A stretch of DNA of 46,565 nucleotides, taken from assembly GCA_019057475.1 (NCBI GenBank), contig DXJO01000054.1, positions 1 through 46,565 of the forward strand. The letters run 5' to 3'. Of the stretch, positions 45,701 to 46,565 are shown in pieces. The position numbers were made by a program, and so were the translations under genes. Below the pieces are notes generated by a model. The model did not search any database and was not told the origin of the DNA. It was given only the letters and a program-made list of their open reading frames with translations. Positions within the stretch are counted from its first letter, which is position 1. Every line of letters starts with the position of its first letter. The DNA is from Candidatus Thorarchaeota archaeon. GTDB taxonomy: Archaea; Asgardarchaeota; Thorarchaeia; Thorarchaeales; Thorarchaeaceae.

Positions 45701-46565
45701 CAGATCTCTATCAACATCTGTGTAGTTCAGTGTGATCTGAACATCGGTCTCGAAAGGCGTTGTCACTTGAGGATAGTTTGGTGACGACAGGAAGCTCCTA
45801 GCAGGCCTGAAGGTGAACGATATCACAAGCACTGCACTTGCATGACTCTGATTGTTCGGGTCAACGTGGACGGTGATTGTGTAGTCCCCACCTCCGAAGT
45901 TGGACCAAGCTATCGTGAGCTTGTACATTCCGACTGATTGGTCTGTAGTGTCAATGGAGATGCTATACGGATCAACTGAAAACTCATCTTGTGTCAGGCT
46001 TTTGACTGGAAATCCATAGCTTGTGCCAGGTTCACTCACATTTACTCGAAGGACAATCACGAAGTCGTCACCTGACGGGAATATCAGGTCTGTGGGTTCA
46101 TGGTAAAGGTTGGTCCACAGACTTCGAGTAATCACTTGAAAGTTGTGCATTGCTAATTCGTAGTACTTGTTTGACTCAATACAGGTGGCTGTCAAGTTGA
46201 TGCTGGTCGTGCCTACGCTCCAGCTTTTAGTGTCTAAGATTAGGCTATACGTCCCGAAGTCCTGTACAGGATAACCGGATGGAGTAAAAGCCAGATTCGA
46301 TACATTGCCAATGGGGACTTGTGAATCAGTGTCTAGATCCCAGAACACCACAGTGAGTGGCGTATCGTTGCCGTAAGGCACCAAGAGGTTCGCCGATATG
46401 GTCACAGAAGTGAAGTGTGCGCGGATCGTGATGCTGAAGGAGTTGGAGGCGGAGTCGTAGTACTTGTTGGTGTCGACACAGGTGACTGTCAGATCAACAG
46501 TGACAACTGCCACATCCCAAGTACTAGTCGCCAGCGTGGGATTGTAGATTGTGAAGGTCTGCGTG
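39782..46565 (-). CDS. Giant type-I membrane surface glycoprotein, paralog of 29469..39581 (5'-truncated by the window edge, >2260 aa)
   Basis: The frame stays open from 46513 to the edge (TQTFTIYNPTLATSTWDV). Collinear with the paralog: HEPTDLIFPSGDDFV, HNTDFRLVSAV, TM at about 40520-40595, and tail RLSDYEIKEL…QRGVPPHEIDTILEQAKSLPRDLVE. Confidence 0.93.
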   Translation of the reverse strand, partial: TQTFTIYNPTLATSTWDVAVVTVDLTVTCVDTNKYYDSASNSFSITIRAHFTSVTISANLLVPYGNDTPLTVVFWDLDTDSQVPIGNVSNLAFTPSGYPVQDFGTYSLILDTKSWSVGTTSINLTATCIESNKYYELAMHNFQVITRSLWTNLYHEPTDLIFPSGDDFVIVLRVNVSEPGTSYGFPVKSLTQDEFSVDPYSISIDTTDQSVGMYKLTIAWSNFGGGDYTITVHVDPNNQSHASAVLVISFTFRPARSFLSSPNYPQVTTPFETDVQITLNYTDVDRDLGIDGATIGNESINIYTVVDVGDGTYTLWIDVTGLSEGPHEFNLTANKGGYELKYLTFTVLIRVAYTYAIPTVGVLDIPVGNDPQFYVEYWDIDHDVPVEGANWVSDWDHALTVVYIGGEQRYQVTLPTLDTDALRQNYVVNITFYKGNYQNGTFTISITIRMHNTDFRLVSAVEPTSYIGVINISVYYGDLDNPEGIMSHYAEFRVKNATNDVAFTPYNDTALGSGFYILRISASQFPQGMQTFTVYVNWTAPVYTYQNRTLVATVNIIGVESSLTLLVASEPTPYLGNMSYIFFYSDVTGGLGIDNLTNHVHIYVSFQGESVDPSQITITDYSATQPGNYSIEFNTTVFGHTGLIYMNVYINWSKGVAPFYANRTDVISVRVLTRDTLVSIVPPTPTSYGENATFSFSYDDVTGSSSVSIEDDLALSISISLAEHALNYNSTTRLFTVSFDTSQFGVSLGQKPFTLDVKWAGAPFYTNRTGHTITVTVIARLTVLDYQSPAHTPYMNNVTFLLNWTDVTTALITGITGATVTLYDEGTPIPGMYYTWTWIQDGEYSVEFNTTYYTTPGIFDLEARLTVPESYILDISTERSFNVRYRVTLLSSEPTDKQPYNLSLQFVLNFQDLLTLEAIGNGSSHVTLELLNDSSWFYSIEWKPAFQNYEFIVETYNHPELVINTEYTFWLRMRYADLSPFYGPDDTYVTFELRQRTSSLDLEEPPDSTPYLDYAVFQVFYRDVASSVGIVIGIDDISLQKGVTPLVEGTDYLITNDGSGYYTISVNTTALDGLGITEVDVFATWIGGWPYHEAADMTVSIRVTKRETNVEITVPSLFTQYLDNVTFAFAYTDLLRGTAITSITASNIELWADGVLLLDTDFIMNQVGSAFFVSVNSTILSPNLVSNYNLTVKVDWNDATPPFYFDDTTIVKVKTITRLIAYSIDVVQDARLGENITFSFTLSDADSGALVVGALIGFDGQTVSLTRDVDFWIVEGLGSDLGKYTIHVDSLALFNIDRYRFDLDVSWNPSTQPFYANMTTIVLTASVREIETELILFEDQVSVLWTELANISVDYRNFFMGNLTPGATVTWDWPGVDQGSFTEVGSTGTYVVSINTALDDIGTKILIIEAQKTRFETAIIYVTIIVRSLPSAMIGINPSAAVISLDRGDAVDLIMYLEDVVNSAPISNLYVTTEVWAELEGQFFYLSYNGTLGYYTTTIPAGNATLLEVGSYDVRLAAVLLNYEPAAHSFKIMLEQSKTQLLLTGDTTEDMSRDFTEVVEFRVNLVLPDIGNTLFYNATVSWLISELGTNGNFTNMGNGTYFVVFNTTDIGFGIWPISFRARPWVNASDYASSATQITLNIKRIATTVEREASELDLVWGWNGNITFHFNGTFGLIPAATGAYTVGPYRDNAMDLGNGTYLVPFDTRALNPGASYILNIIFTKENYQEGPSSVRINVLYIPTELVLSIPDIYIDPLVTTQYVVPYGETLGIALFYNDTDSSEGYVGGLENANLTLNVISGPSIPIAKLFTIEELGGGYYRYLFDTTDISLLFVGSQPGPKDDHYTLILRLALANRTTALQEIRITIIPLPTRIEIVSVDTSLEYGQAGQMVVKFIDEWPGHAEGTLVTGANFTIDETTVLELLEILDTYEDPTRPGYYVIEYRGASILFGEDIGVSSVDITLSLPNVDDGELDAPLRVTVNPTETARTLNTVFMFGTPSLFIIVLLAIAYVKIWSVPKRLRQINSQVKSLSKGKIPKPIDEVKSRQEMIADLFNNTFQELELTRTAYQMPAESVEVDIPEMGELMIQLSILTRLTPTELDEFKDDVSKMRMSEQAAFVKEVIHQESIRVARRENKTPEEVVEEIAEEAKKRLAGEEAVDVPGIDLGIALDEPVILTPEDEKTEDVIAAITQEAEEAFIPEAEGMPPSSDRLSDYEIKELRKHLEQRGVPPHEIDTILEQAKSLPRDLVEELVKSLGGEEE

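Noticed and set aside
1-46565. CRISPR array, tRNA/rRNA genes, IS elements, integrase, or diversity-generating retroelement
   Set aside because: No regularly spaced repeats, cloverleaf, transposase, integrase or reverse transcriptase motifs were seen. Paralog mismatches are not adenine-specific.

Overview
Archaeal window, most likely an Asgard archaeon of the Thorarchaeia type. This is inferred from GGTGA/GGAGG ribosome-binding sites, BRE/TATA-like promoters, a DUF2240-like gene, RFC/Cdc6/RadA-family genes and giant DUF2341/LamG/Ig-like membrane proteins; no marker gene confirms it. Bases 1-4.9 kb are a decaying accessory patch of small ORFs and pseudogene fragments, including a broken histidine-kinase HATPase tail, plus one helical-repeat protein. 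Bases 4.9-29.4 kb hold a RIO-like kinase with a structured, uORF-containing leader, an MFS transporter, a long-form XPB helicase and a nearby p52/Tfb2-like partner, an RFC small-subunit-like protein with an insertion, a MetE-like protein, three paralogous 4-TM membrane proteins, a SagB-type nitroreductase, malic enzyme, a degenerate M28 peptidase with Ca-binding repeats, a GlcF/GlcD-like pair, an ATPase-degenerate Cdc6/Orc1 paralog, GcvH, a Zn-ribbon protein and a RadA paralog without a P-loop. Bases 29.4-46.6 kb encode two tandem giant single-pass membrane proteins with a conserved cytoplasmic tail, followed by a relic of a third copy. Main leads: a possible TFIIH-core-like XPB/p52 pair, pseudo-ATPase paralogs of Cdc6 and RadA, the receptor-like giant protein array, and the membrane-protein triad. 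All family calls come from reading motifs by eye; no searches were run.
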